Assembly (NCBI GenBank): GCA_965217115.1 | Contig: OZ244239.1 | Span: 384,001-448,000, forward strand | Origin: Bdellovibrionales bacterium | GTDB lineage: Bacteria; Bdellovibrionota; Bdellovibrionia; Bdellovibrionales; CAYMLA01 | DNA length: 64,000 bases | Direction of reading: 5' to 3' | In this document: positions 1 through 9,672 of the stretch, piece by piece | Numbering within the stretch: the first letter of the stretch is position 1 | Layout of the letters: each line of letters begins with the position of its first letter | Made by a program: the position numbers and the translations under genes | Notes under the pieces: model-generated | Seen by the model: the letters and a program-made list of their open reading frames with translations, nothing else | Told to the model about the DNA's origin: nothing | Database searches by the model: none

Positions 1-810
1 ATTATCTAATATTGCACCACCACCAGCGCCGCCAGGATAACCTGCTCCACCACTGCCGCCATGGCCTCCCGTTGTGCAGGAAGAACTTCCCTGGCTAACA
101 GCCAAGCCTCCGGTGCCACCACCGCCACCGCCATAAATACGCCCGTAATTATTAATTGTCAGAGGGACAGAGGTTTCAATCGCAACTCCTCCATCGCCCG
201 GTTTTTTTAAATTGCTCGACGTGTAGGCAGCACCACCCTGGCCGCCTTTACCAGAAATTGTTCCTAGATTGACAATGTTCACTTCAGAACCCCTCGGAAG
301 ATCCCCCGTCGCAAACGCCGCAACACCGGTGCTCTCTGAACCTAGGTTCACATCTACACCCACAATAATCGTGTATCTAGCTTTTAAGCTATGTCCAAAA
401 TGATCATGTACATTGAAGTTTTGTGTGTGGGAATCAATTTGGTACTGGTGATAATCTTGCTGTCCATAGTTGTTCTCATACCCAGAGCGTTCACCACTCC
501 CACTCGATGAATCGCCAAACGATGAACCACTCCCACTCGATGAACTGCCAGACGATGAATCGCCAAACGATGAACCACTTCCACTCGATGAACTGCCAAA
601 CGATGAATCACCAAACGATGAATCACCAAACGATGACCCACTTCCCCCTGATGAGGACGCAGACGACAAATAGGAACAGCCACTGCCCTCACATTCATCC
701 AATAATTCCTCAGGGACATAAGACCCACAGTTCTCAAATAAAACGACACAAACCGACATTCCTAGCAAAATAAAGAAGATTCGAATATTATGTCGCTTAT
801 TTATACCCAC
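1..810 (-). CDS. Lipoprotein with Ser/Gly repeat linker and Gly-rich phage-adhesin (gp38)-like domain; truncated at window edge
   Basis: Manual translation from GTG at 810 (GGAGG upstream): VGINKRHNIRIFFILLGMSVCVVLFENC, then SSFGD/SSSGSG repeats, then IVNLGTISGKGGQGG...LTINNYGRIYGGGGGG; frame continues to position 1. Absent from the ORF track. Confidence 0.8.
   Translation of the reverse strand, partial: MGINKRHNIRIFFILLGMSVCVVLFENCGSYVPEELLDECEGSGCSYLSSASSSGGSGSSFGDSSFGDSSFGSSSSGSGSSFGDSSSGSSSSGSGSSFGDSSSGSGERSGYENNYGQQDYHQYQIDSHTQNFNVHDHFGHSLKARYTIIVGVDVNLGSESTGVAAFATGDLPRGSEVNIVNLGTISGKGGQGGAAYTSSNLKKPGDGGVAIETSVPLTINNYGRIYGGGGGGTGGLAVSQGSSSCTTGGHGGSGGAGYPGGAGGGAILDN
490..655. repeat. Degenerate 15-bp-based coding tandem repeat (Ser/Gly linker)
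   Basis: Repeated cgatgaatcrccaaa / cgatgaaccactyccact units. Confidence 0.85.
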
Positions 811-916
811 TAAATCCCCTCCCCACAGCGAATCACTCTCTATTATATCGCGACTAATAGGAGATAAGAAAATCTATTTGTTGCTTTGTTGCAAAATGAA
901 ACACTTAAGAGTGTTT

Positions 917-2263
917 TTAGAGGGTAAAGGTGAAGTCATCCACCAACATGCCAGGGCAACGACTGCCACCAATTCCCCTCTCACCATAGGTCATGTTTTC
1001 GGGGTGTGTCTCAGAAAAATGAGTTAAGTCCACTAATTTTTCTCCCCAAAATTGAAAATAACTCTCATCAAAACGGAGATCTTTGATAGGAGCGATAACT
1101 TCTCCATCTTCAACCCAAAAACAAGCGTAACGAGTCATGCCCGTAACCCGTGCTCCCATAATATTAGACCAATTCAGGTAATGTAAATTAGACAGATACA
1201 ACCCCGTCCCTAATTTATTTAGAATATCATCTTTACTCAAACTCCCCGCACCTAAAACAGGGGAGCGCATCATCTCTCTAGCATTGGCATAATTGGTTTC
1301 AATACTAAACTCTTTGGCTGTTTTTCTAGAAGTGAGTAACTGTAAGTTTCGTCCTTTTTCAATCAGAGTCGTTTTTTCATTAAACATTTCTCCGAGTTCA
1401 TTAAATCTCTCACTCATACCAAGAGAGAAGTCCTCATAAATATTTATTCTACTATTAAATGTCCTATTCCCCTTGAAAATATCTGTTAGCGCGCAGTGCC
1501 CCTGCTCATAGGCAGATCGACTCATTCCGCCCCAAGATAATATTCGAAGTAGGTCATTAACCGCACTCGGGGTAAAATAAGTTTTATAATTTCCCCGAGG
1601 AATTTTCATCCTAGGTCGCTTCATTAACTGTAATGACTCACTCGTCTCCTTGATCTTCTCTCTATAAATATCTTGTTCCCAGTTGGTCCCTGCATAGGCC
1701 CCTTTAGCCGCATTTTGCGAAGAATCATAGAGAGAATAATCCACGGAGAAATTCTCTGATTCAAACCAATGATACTGCCCCTCACTATTTGCACTGCCTC
1801 TAAATACAGGGCCTGATGTGAATATTCCAGCTGCATCTTCGTCTTTCATCTCTGAAAGGACACTGTGAATTATCTCTTCAGTCTCAAGGAGCTGACCTGA
1901 ATAACTCTCCCGACTATGATCGTTGTTCTTTGGGCGAATTAAAAATAAGTCCTCAGGTAAAGACTGGGCCCTCTTTCTCAAATCAAATAAAGCTTCCTTC
2001 CATTTGTTTTTATTTTGTTCAATACTCTCGGTAAAAGGAATTGCCATTCTCACTGTTTTATTGCCCTTAATAAACTCTATACTCAGTGAGCCCTGCTCCA
2101 CAAAAGTTGCTTGACGAACCTTAGAAGAGTTAAAACGCATGAAATAAGTTTTCTCAGCACTCAAGAACAGAGTACACATCTCATCTGCAATTAAATCAGA
2201 AAAAAAGGCTTCATGACATTTTTTAAACGTCTCTTCAATTCCTGTTAACTGAGATAGGCTCAC
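917..2263 (-). CDS. tldE: TldE/PmbA family protein
   Basis: TldD/PmbA-type C-terminus (TGMTRYACFWVEDG), no HExxxH, overlaps the tldD stop. Confidence 0.85.
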   Translation of the reverse strand: MSLSQLTGIEETFKKCHEAFFSDLIADEMCTLFLSAEKTYFMRFNSSKVRQATFVEQGSLSIEFIKGNKTVRMAIPFTESIEQNKNKWKEALFDLRKRAQSLPEDLFLIRPKNNDHSRESYSGQLLETEEIIHSVLSEMKDEDAAGIFTSGPVFRGSANSEGQYHWFESENFSVDYSLYDSSQNAAKGAYAGTNWEQDIYREKIKETSESLQLMKRPRMKIPRGNYKTYFTPSAVNDLLRILSWGGMSRSAYEQGHCALTDIFKGNRTFNSRINIYEDFSLGMSERFNELGEMFNEKTTLIEKGRNLQLLTSRKTAKEFSIETNYANAREMMRSPVLGAGSLSKDDILNKLGTGLYLSNLHYLNWSNIMGARVTGMTRYACFWVEDGEVIAPIKDLRFDESYFQFWGEKLVDLTHFSETHPENMTYGERGIGGSRCPGMLVDDFTFTL

Positions 2264-3699
2264 TCTGCACCACCAAAGATTTCTATATTCTTAAATAAAC
2301 AAGTTGGCGTGGCATGACCCACACGTATAACCTGATTCGGTTCCCCCTTCCCACAATAGGGTGAACCGTAGACTTTAAAAGTTTCACGATCTCCAACCAT
2401 TGAGAGGTTATTCCAAAATGGATTACTCACACCTCGATAATTAGGATTCTTAACAACCTTTGTTATTTCCCCGTTTTCAATCAATCGTCCATACTCGCAA
2501 CCAAATTGAAATTTATTACGGTAGTCATCGATAGACCAAGATTTATTCCTCATCATATAAACACCTCTTTGGATGGATGAAATCATTTCATCAAAAGAAG
2601 ATTCCCCTGGTTCAATATTGATATTCGCCATTCTATCTATAGGGGGACGATTCCAGAACTCTGTACGAGAACTAGCGACACCCGCAATCTGAGAACGGGC
2701 TTGACTCTCTAACCCCCCTATACCTCGTAAGAGTTTTCCTTCTTTAATAAGATATTCTCTCTTTGCGCGATCACCAGTATCATCAAATAAATAACTCGCC
2801 ATCTCGCCCTCAACAGTTGGGTCAAAGGTGACGTTGAGCAAGGGCGAACCATACTGTAGTTTTCCAAAGTCCTCTTTTTGCACAAAAGACCACCCTGCGT
2901 AATTTCTTTCATCACCCAGTATGCGATCCAACTCCAAGGGATGCCCTATGGACTCATGAATTTGTAAATAGAGTTGATCTGGGTGAAGCAAGAGGTCACA
3001 AGTCTCTGCCGGACACTCTTGAGCCTCAAGAAGTTCCACCGCCTCCTGGCCGACCCTTTTAGCTTCATCTGTCCACAAGGAGCGATCATAAACTTCCAAA
3101 CCCACTTGAGCCGTTCCATTACCGCCTGAACGAATTTGATTATCCACCCCATCGGTTGCGGTCGCTGAAATATTTAAATCATGCATTAAAAATCTCTGTT
3201 CAAAACAAGAACCACTGCTTGATACAAATTGAACTCGACGGTCAATTTCCATGGCGGCAGCCGCTGTTTCTTTAATGGCACTTCCGACTTTGAGCTGTCC
3301 ACTCACATCCATTAAGACATCAAATATCTCAGCCTCAGATAAGGAATCCACATCCTGTTTATAGGTCGAATTAAATTCTCCCTGAGCAGAAGGTCTCTGC
3401 CTCCCATCAAATTTGAACAGAGAGTATTTAGAGGCTCTCTTAGCTAATTGGCTGGCCTTTTCTGCAATATTCTTAATTCCATCGAAATCATCACTATCGG
3501 TCGCCCCGTAAGCAATTTGACCGTTGAGCATCACTTCAACCATTAGCCCTTGGCTATAGTATTTATTAAAATCATCCATCCGTTGATTACGAGCCACTCT
3601 TCTTGTCACGGTATTGTCGATCTTTCTTATGGAGAGCCAATCAGCTTCAACTTCGATCTTATCCAAGGTTTTTTTCAGGTGAGTCAGTTCTAAAGACAT
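2260..3699 (-). CDS. tldD: TldD metalloprotease
   Basis: HESIGH zinc motif and CGKGEP motif. Confidence 0.92.
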   Translation of the reverse strand: MSLELTHLKKTLDKIEVEADWLSIRKIDNTVTRRVARNQRMDDFNKYYSQGLMVEVMLNGQIAYGATDSDDFDGIKNIAEKASQLAKRASKYSLFKFDGRQRPSAQGEFNSTYKQDVDSLSEAEIFDVLMDVSGQLKVGSAIKETAAAAMEIDRRVQFVSSSGSCFEQRFLMHDLNISATATDGVDNQIRSGGNGTAQVGLEVYDRSLWTDEAKRVGQEAVELLEAQECPAETCDLLLHPDQLYLQIHESIGHPLELDRILGDERNYAGWSFVQKEDFGKLQYGSPLLNVTFDPTVEGEMASYLFDDTGDRAKREYLIKEGKLLRGIGGLESQARSQIAGVASSRTEFWNRPPIDRMANINIEPGESSFDEMISSIQRGVYMMRNKSWSIDDYRNKFQFGCEYGRLIENGEITKVVKNPNYRGVSNPFWNNLSMVGDRETFKVYGSPYCGKGEPNQVIRVGHATPTCLFKNIEIFGGAE

Positions 3700-3735
3700 C
3701 CAAGGTTTCTAACAGAATAAAAGCACTAAATCAAC

Positions 3736-4131
3736 TTAATGGACTAAATAACGTGGTTGAAAAACAGCTAGCTGGAGCCCATTATAGGGAAGCATCTCTC
3801 TCGTATTACTTTCACACTGAACATCGAGTTTCTCCATCTCATCAGTCTCAAGATTTGTAATCTCTAATCCCCCATTCAAATCTTCTAAAAGGGACAACTT
3901 CATTTCAAAGGATTTAGAGTAATCAGACGTCACTCCCTCTATGATCAGATCAGAGCCTAACTTATAAACTTCAGAGATACGAAATCGATCTTTATTAATT
4001 TTAAGCGCGCTATTAACATATAAGAGCCCAGCAATAGAACTCTCCTCTTCATCTCCTGACCAACAATCTATGGCCAAAGAAGTATTGGATACAAGCATCA
4101 CCATCAAAATCGTTCCCATAAAATTTTTCAT
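3736..4131 (-). CDS. Hypothetical secreted protein
   Basis: ATG at 4131 after GAGGA; signal peptide ending SLA; two Cys. Confidence 0.7.
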   Translation of the reverse strand: MKNFMGTILMVMLVSNTSLAIDCWSGDEEESSIAGLLYVNSALKINKDRFRISEVYKLGSDLIIEGVTSDYSKSFEMKLSLLEDLNGGLEITNLETDEMEKLDVQCESNTREMLPYNGLQLAVFQPRYLVH

Positions 4132-4164
4132 ATCATTCCTCACTACGTTAATGTTTGTAGTAAA

Positions 4165-4180
4165 AGCATATTATGTGCCA
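4165..4180 (-). promoter_or_regulatory. Sigma54-type promoter
   Basis: Minus strand TGGCACATAATATGCT with exact GG-N10-GC spacing, upstream of 3736..4131. Confidence 0.65.
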
Positions 4181-4328
4181 ATTTCATATTAGACTGTCTT
4201 AGTTTGTATTGCCCCTGGGGCAGAAAACCTCTGCAAGACGGTTCCAGACTGTGTCCACGGGTAGTTCCAAAAGAGAACCAGAAGGAGAAAACCTAAAAAA
4301 AAACTCTTTCTTATATCCCTAGCCGAAC

Positions 4329-5603
4329 CTATTTCTCACTTGGGCTTTGATCATGACCCCTTATTTCTTCCATACCTGAACTCAGGTTCTTAAGGCGCTC
4401 GTGGAGCTTCTTCTTGAAGCTGTCATTTTCTTCTCCCGATTGGTGGGATTTCATAAAGTCATACTGTTCCTGATCAAACTGAAACAAACTCTGACCATCC
4501 TGGGATTTTATCAAACCCTTCTGCCGATGGGCCTTTATCTCCAATTTCAAATGGGCCATCTCCTTTTGAAGCTCTTCATTATGATCAGACAACTGTTTCT
4601 GAGAGACTGAGAAACTCTCTATCTTGGCCTGTAATTTTTTATTCTGAACAGAGATCCCTTCGAATTTTTCCTGCAATTCGAGAAAACCCTTCTTTTCCAG
4701 ATTTTGCTGATGGGAGAGTTCTTTTAAATTCTGACACTCATTGGTCATCTTTTGCAGACGACCTAAAACCAAATCTCTCTGCTCAACCAACTCTGATTTG
4801 ACATCGGCCCACTGTTTCTGACGCTCTCTAAGAACAAGGGTTCCTGCCTTTTTAGACTCTAAAGCAGCATTGAAATTATTACGACTCTCTACTGATTCCC
4901 TCTCTGTCTGTGCAAGACTCGAAGAGAGGAGACTGTTTTGCTCCTCAAGTTGCGACTTTGTCTCATTCCACTGTCTCTGTTTCTCTTCTAAAATAGCCAA
5001 GCCCACTTTTTTAGATTCTAATGCCGCCTTGAAGTTATCTTTACTCTCTAATAACTGGTTTTGTACCTCCGATAGACGACTCGATAATTTAGCCTTTTCC
5101 TCAACCAGATTTGTGCGCTCTCCATGGAACTTCAAATTTCTCTGGCTGTCATTTTCCCTCTCTTTTCTGATGCTTTTCATGTACTGAAAAATTCTCTGGC
5201 GATGCTTCCTAAGTCTTTCAAGCTCACCCTCAAGAGTCTTTAACTCTCTGGCATGGCGAGTCTCTTGACTATTTAAATCCTCTCGCAATGTCTCGCACTC
5301 CTTAGTGCGCTCCTCAAGTTTTTTCTCTTCCAGACGTAGAAGACTTAACGAATCCCTAAGACTATTATTCTCAGTCTCAATAGAGCTATAACGATTTTCA
5401 GCATGGTTCTTCTTCTCAGTCAGATTTCCCATCTGCATCTTAAGATCACAAACCTCTGTCTCCAGCTGTCCCAAACGCTTAATACTGCGATGGTAGGCCT
5501 GGGCCATATCCTTGGATCGCTGGATAAATTCACCCAAAAACGGAGGAGGTGTCTCCATGTCCAAATCTGTATTTTCTTCTTCTAAATTTACCTTGTTGTC
5601 CAT
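4329..5603 (-). CDS. Long coiled-coil protein
   Basis: E/K/L/Q-rich heptads, internal repeat (ESKDNFKAALESKK / ESRNNFNAALESKK); ATG 5603 with GGAG. Confidence 0.75.
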   Translation of the reverse strand: MDNKVNLEEENTDLDMETPPPFLGEFIQRSKDMAQAYHRSIKRLGQLETEVCDLKMQMGNLTEKKNHAENRYSSIETENNSLRDSLSLLRLEEKKLEERTKECETLREDLNSQETRHARELKTLEGELERLRKHRQRIFQYMKSIRKERENDSQRNLKFHGERTNLVEEKAKLSSRLSEVQNQLLESKDNFKAALESKKVGLAILEEKQRQWNETKSQLEEQNSLLSSSLAQTERESVESRNNFNAALESKKAGTLVLRERQKQWADVKSELVEQRDLVLGRLQKMTNECQNLKELSHQQNLEKKGFLELQEKFEGISVQNKKLQAKIESFSVSQKQLSDHNEELQKEMAHLKLEIKAHRQKGLIKSQDGQSLFQFDQEQYDFMKSHQSGEENDSFKKKLHERLKNLSSGMEEIRGHDQSPSEK

Positions 5604-5732
5604 CACCGCTCCATCGTTATTCACGCCCAACAAATAACCTCTGGAATAATAGTCTCGTAAATACCGATAAAGGTCCAGTTTTGATGCAAGCCTTCCGTGC
5701 GACGCGTCAACGCCGTCTGACCGCCCCTCTCT

Positions 5733-6122
5733 TTATTTGTCTGTAAAATCCCAAATATGAAATCCCCTCTCAGAAGCCTCATCCACACGATCTCTTTTAA
5801 TCAAGTAGACATTTGCATCCCCCGTGGAAATCCCACAGCGTGCTATTCTTATAAGACCATCATGTCTTCTCTCCGACTTAAACACTTTAATTCCCTCAAG
5901 CTCTTTCTCCATGGATTTCAAGGTCGATTCCTTCCCACTGTCAGAACAGCCGATCTTACCAGTGTATTTATAGATCCAAACACTTGCAGAAGAGTTGTCC
6001 AACACCTTTTGAGAAATAGCTCTACTCTTTTTTTCATAGCAATTCCCTGAAACACAGGACGTCGAAACAATCACGAGATACACAAGAAAGATAACTCTTT
6101 GAAAGAACATGGTTCGTGTCAC
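5733..6122 (-). CDS. Hypothetical lipoprotein
   Basis: Hydrophobic N-terminus ending STSC; additional Cys; overlaps the bamB stop. Confidence 0.65.
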   Translation of the reverse strand: MTRTMFFQRVIFLVYLVIVSTSCVSGNCYEKKSRAISQKVLDNSSASVWIYKYTGKIGCSDSGKESTLKSMEKELEGIKVFKSERRHDGLIRIARCGISTGDANVYLIKRDRVDEASERGFHIWDFTDK

Positions 6123-7243
6123 CGGCCAGCAGATTTCTTTTTATGCAATAACTTCAGAGAAAATAAATTCCCTCCATTGGACATCAGGTAAACACTTCCA
6201 CCCTTTAACGCAGGAGTTGCCACTAGACCAAGTCCTGGAGAAAAACTCCCCCTCAAGGCTCCATTTGTTTTATCCATAAGGAGTAGACCTCTCTGAGAGC
6301 TTCCCACTAAAAGAAAAGACTTAAACAGCACAGGGGAAGTCAGCAGCCCCCCCTTCGTCTTCACTTCCCAATTTATCTTCCCCGTTTTTTTATTAGCACT
6401 TAAAACTGATCCTTCATTAGAAACCACATAAATCAGCTCACCTGAAAGGACAGGGGGGGAGTAAATACCTCGATGAATTTTCCACACAGTCGCACCTGAG
6501 GATGCCTTTAACTTGTACAGGCTACCATCAAAACCTCCAACATAAACAAATCCACCTTCAAGGAGAGGTTTTGCATCTATATCACGAAATTTATTTTGAG
6601 AGCCCAGACTCTTTTCCCAAATCACATCACCTGTTTCCTTATTCAAGGCGAGAAGATAACCATCACTAAAACCAATAAAGAGCTGCGCCCCCCAAATTGT
6701 TGGTGAGCTTGAACCGCGAATGGAAAAGAATGAGGGATCTTTTCGCGCATACACCCATCTCTTCTTTCCAGTTTTTTTATCTAAAGCATAGAGAACGCGG
6801 GCACTCGATTGAAAATAAACAGTCCCCCCTTCAATCAACGGCGCCGAAAACCCCTCGGCTCTCGTTAAAAAGCTCCATACCACTTCCCCTGTAGAGGCAA
6901 TAAGGCAATAAAAGAGACCATCATTTGCAGAAAAATACAGGCGATCTTCTGACACAACTCCCCCGCCTTCAACTCCTCCTGCAACGTTTTTTCTCCAAAC
7001 CTGAGAGCCGGACCGTCGGTCATAGGCAACAATTCCGTCGACTCCATTCCCCTGAATCACCAGGTTTTGATAAAACACGGGGCTCATATGATGGATGCCC
7101 TTGGTAGCCCTCCCCTCAAGAGTCGTTTTGCGCACCCAATTCTTATGAAAAGAGAGGGCCGATTCTGACAGGGGAAGCCCCTGGGAGATTGAACCTAAAA
7201 ACAGACAAAATAAAACTGTCAGCAACTCAAGTTGTCGTGTCAC
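6119..7243 (-). CDS. bamB: PQQ-like beta-propeller protein, BamB-like
   Basis: Repeated (A/L)xDxxTGxxxW blades; downstream of a yfgM-like gene; no obvious lipobox. Confidence 0.75.
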   Translation of the reverse strand: MTRQLELLTVLFCLFLGSISQGLPLSESALSFHKNWVRKTTLEGRATKGIHHMSPVFYQNLVIQGNGVDGIVAYDRRSGSQVWRKNVAGGVEGGGVVSEDRLYFSANDGLFYCLIASTGEVVWSFLTRAEGFSAPLIEGGTVYFQSSARVLYALDKKTGKKRWVYARKDPSFFSIRGSSSPTIWGAQLFIGFSDGYLLALNKETGDVIWEKSLGSQNKFRDIDAKPLLEGGFVYVGGFDGSLYKLKASSGATVWKIHRGIYSPPVLSGELIYVVSNEGSVLSANKKTGKINWEVKTKGGLLTSPVLFKSFLLVGSSQRGLLLMDKTNGALRGSFSPGLGLVATPALKGGSVYLMSNGGNLFSLKLLHKKKSAGR

Positions 7244-7261
7244 AAATAAACCGCCTTTCCA

Positions 7262-8059
7262 TTAGAGGGGAAGAGTTCTCAAATACTTATCCGCCATTTT
7301 ACTCATAGCCGAATCTTTTTTTTCACCCTTCACCTCTTCGTATAATTTTTTTGCCATTCCAAACTTTTTTAGAGACTCATAGCAAACACCCATCTTAAGA
7401 CGTGTCTGAGCCTGTAGAAACTTCCAATTCACTCTATTTAAAACTTCCTGCCATTGGGCAATAGCCTTATTGCACTGACCCCCTTGAGCGTAGAGATTAC
7501 CAACTTGAGCTGTCAATAACCCGTTAAAAAGCCCTTTGCCCTTTTTTTGCTTCTCAAAGAGGTTTATTTTCTTAAGACCAACCCCAGCCTGGCTATACTC
7601 GTTATATAAATCTATCATATTAATCGCTGCCAACTGGCTCGCCACAGTGCCTTGATGTTTTTTCATTAAATCTTCTAGCCGTGTCAGTTCACGGCCATAG
7701 TCTTTTTGCAAATCCCCAGAGGCCGACACAAACTTTTTCTCTGCCTTGTTTTTCTTTAGCTTGTTTTTCTTTGGTTTGTTCTTCTCTGCCTCTTCCTGCT
7801 GAAGTTTTGCATTTAAGAAGCCAGATTTTTTCTTGATAAGACTCTTCTCCACTTGAAAGTAATCTTCTTGCGCGCTCTCTTCGATACTGCTTTGATAAAA
7901 ATCATTGCCAGTAATAAAGACGCCTGAAATAACAAGAATGGCACCCACAGCCTTAACCAATCCAGAGTTCTGCTCTATCTTCTTCCCCAAAAAACCCATG
8001 AGTCTTCTAAAAACATCAGGCTCTCTGATCTCTTTTTTTGTTAGTTTTTTTTTACCCAT
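7262..8059 (-). CDS. YfgM-like membrane-anchored TPR protein
   Basis: Basic N-terminus, one TM helix, C-terminal TPRs; upstream of the bamB-like gene. Confidence 0.75.
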   Translation of the reverse strand: MGKKKLTKKEIREPDVFRRLMGFLGKKIEQNSGLVKAVGAILVISGVFITGNDFYQSSIEESAQEDYFQVEKSLIKKKSGFLNAKLQQEEAEKNKPKKNKLKKNKAEKKFVSASGDLQKDYGRELTRLEDLMKKHQGTVASQLAAINMIDLYNEYSQAGVGLKKINLFEKQKKGKGLFNGLLTAQVGNLYAQGGQCNKAIAQWQEVLNRVNWKFLQAQTRLKMGVCYESLKKFGMAKKLYEEVKGEKKDSAMSKMADKYLRTLPL

Positions 8060-8169
8060 AACACACCTCACTTTTCTAAAGAAATGCTATAAAGATGTCA
8101 GGGCTAAGTCAATCTTACATAAAACCGCTGGCGGGTTTAAATCAAGAACCTCAGCTGAACTCTTTTTGA

Positions 8170-9285
8170 TTAACGCTTAAAGACCTCTCGCAAATTTGTA
8201 AAAGAACGGGTGCTGCGACCAGGGTGTCGCATGTGGAGCTTACCGATCGTGGAAATTCTCTCTTCAGCCAACAAATCAGCCGCTTTATGGGTTCCCAGGT
8301 TTCTCTCCTCTGCTATTTTAAATATACTCATCAAATGATGGTAAACTTCTATTGTTTTGTCTTTTGCACGGGAGCCCGAATACCCTTCTAGTTCGACAAC
8401 GACATTCATTAATCCCCCGGCGTTCACCACGTAATCAGGAGCGTAGAGAATACCCCTCTCTCTGAGCATATCCCCGTGACGGTCTTCCTCAAGTTGGTTG
8501 TTCGCACCGCCACAAACCACTTTGCACTTGAGATTCTCAATCGTTTCATCGTTTATAACCGACCCCATGGCACAAGGAGCTAATATATCACAACTTGTCG
8601 TTATCACTTCACTGGGATTAACGACCTCCAAATCATGTTTCTTAGAGTAGAGCGTCACTCGCTCTTTATCAATATCGGCAATTTTAACTTTCGCCCCTTC
8701 TTCCACCAAATAATCCACCAAGTAACCGCCCACACTTCCCAAACCTTGCACGGCAATTTTTATCCCTTTGAGGCTATCTGCTTTAAACTGATACTTGGCC
8801 GAGGCCTTAATTCCCTGAAGAACTCCATAGGCCGTATAGGGACTTGGATCACCTGAGCCTCCAAAAGCCTTTGGAATTCCTGTGACATAGGGAGTCTCTG
8901 TAAAAGCATACTCCATATCACGAACAGTCGTTCCCACATCTTCAGCAGTAAAATAACGACCATTCAAAGAGTTTACAAACTGACCAAAAGCTCGAAACAG
9001 CCCCTCTGTCTTCTGGGTCTTAGGGTCGCCAATGATCACAGCTTTCCCCCCCCCTAAATTTAGACCGGAGGCCGCCGCCTTATAAGTCATTCCCCTTGAA
9101 AGACGCAAGACATCCACCAGAGCGTCCTCTTCACTGGCATAATCAAACATTCGACAGCCACCAAGAGCTGGCCCGAGATTTGTGTTGTGAATAGCTATGA
9201 TCGCTTTAAGACCTGTATCCCTGTCATTGCAAAAAACAACTTGCTCGTGGTCACCATACTCTTCAATTATTTTAAATGTCGACAT
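8170..9285 (-). CDS. ldh: Leu/Phe/Val dehydrogenase
   Basis: GPALGGCRM, LSRGMTYK, GGGKAVI, GLGSVG motifs; ATG 9285 with GGAGGTG. Confidence 0.92.
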   Translation of the reverse strand: MSTFKIIEEYGDHEQVVFCNDRDTGLKAIIAIHNTNLGPALGGCRMFDYASEEDALVDVLRLSRGMTYKAAASGLNLGGGKAVIIGDPKTQKTEGLFRAFGQFVNSLNGRYFTAEDVGTTVRDMEYAFTETPYVTGIPKAFGGSGDPSPYTAYGVLQGIKASAKYQFKADSLKGIKIAVQGLGSVGGYLVDYLVEEGAKVKIADIDKERVTLYSKKHDLEVVNPSEVITTSCDILAPCAMGSVINDETIENLKCKVVCGGANNQLEEDRHGDMLRERGILYAPDYVVNAGGLMNVVVELEGYSGSRAKDKTIEVYHHLMSIFKIAEERNLGTHKAADLLAEERISTIGKLHMRHPGRSTRSFTNLREVFKR

Positions 9286-9409
9286 AACACCTCCACTATC
9301 AAGAACAGCTATGGAGGGCAAAGGGAATTTGACATTGACCTTATTTGAGAAGTGCGTCATCACGGGGAACACCGCTGGTAAAGTCGCTGTACTCTCCATG
9401 GTTTAGGGT

Positions 9410-9442
9410 AAAAAAAAAGGATACAGCCCCAAACCATATCCT
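9410..9442 (-). terminator. Intrinsic terminator upstream of ldh
   Basis: Minus strand AGGATATGG-tttgggg-CTGTATCCT running into a T-tract. Confidence 0.7.
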
Positions 9443-9672
9443 CTATTCCATTTGAACCACCAGGAGAGAATCCCAGACAAGCTCAGTATAGCCTAGATCT
9501 TGCTATTATGCCACTTTTTGTTACACCCATTGAAAAAATTATAACTTTGACGTGAGGCCACTAAAACTATAGTAACGTTCCAAGCTAGATAAATTCTTAA
9601 AAACAATTCTTCCCTCAGCTGGGAACTCTGGTTGGTGGATGTTTTGTTCTTAACCAATTCAGTCGTTAACAG

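Noticed and set aside
384..773. ORF-track frames 384..749, 423..773 and 470..673
   Set aside because: Alternative frames of the repeat inside the lipoprotein gene at 1..810.
9286..9399. N-terminal extension of leucine dehydrogenase
   Set aside because: A strong RBS precedes ATG 9285, where family-like sequence begins.
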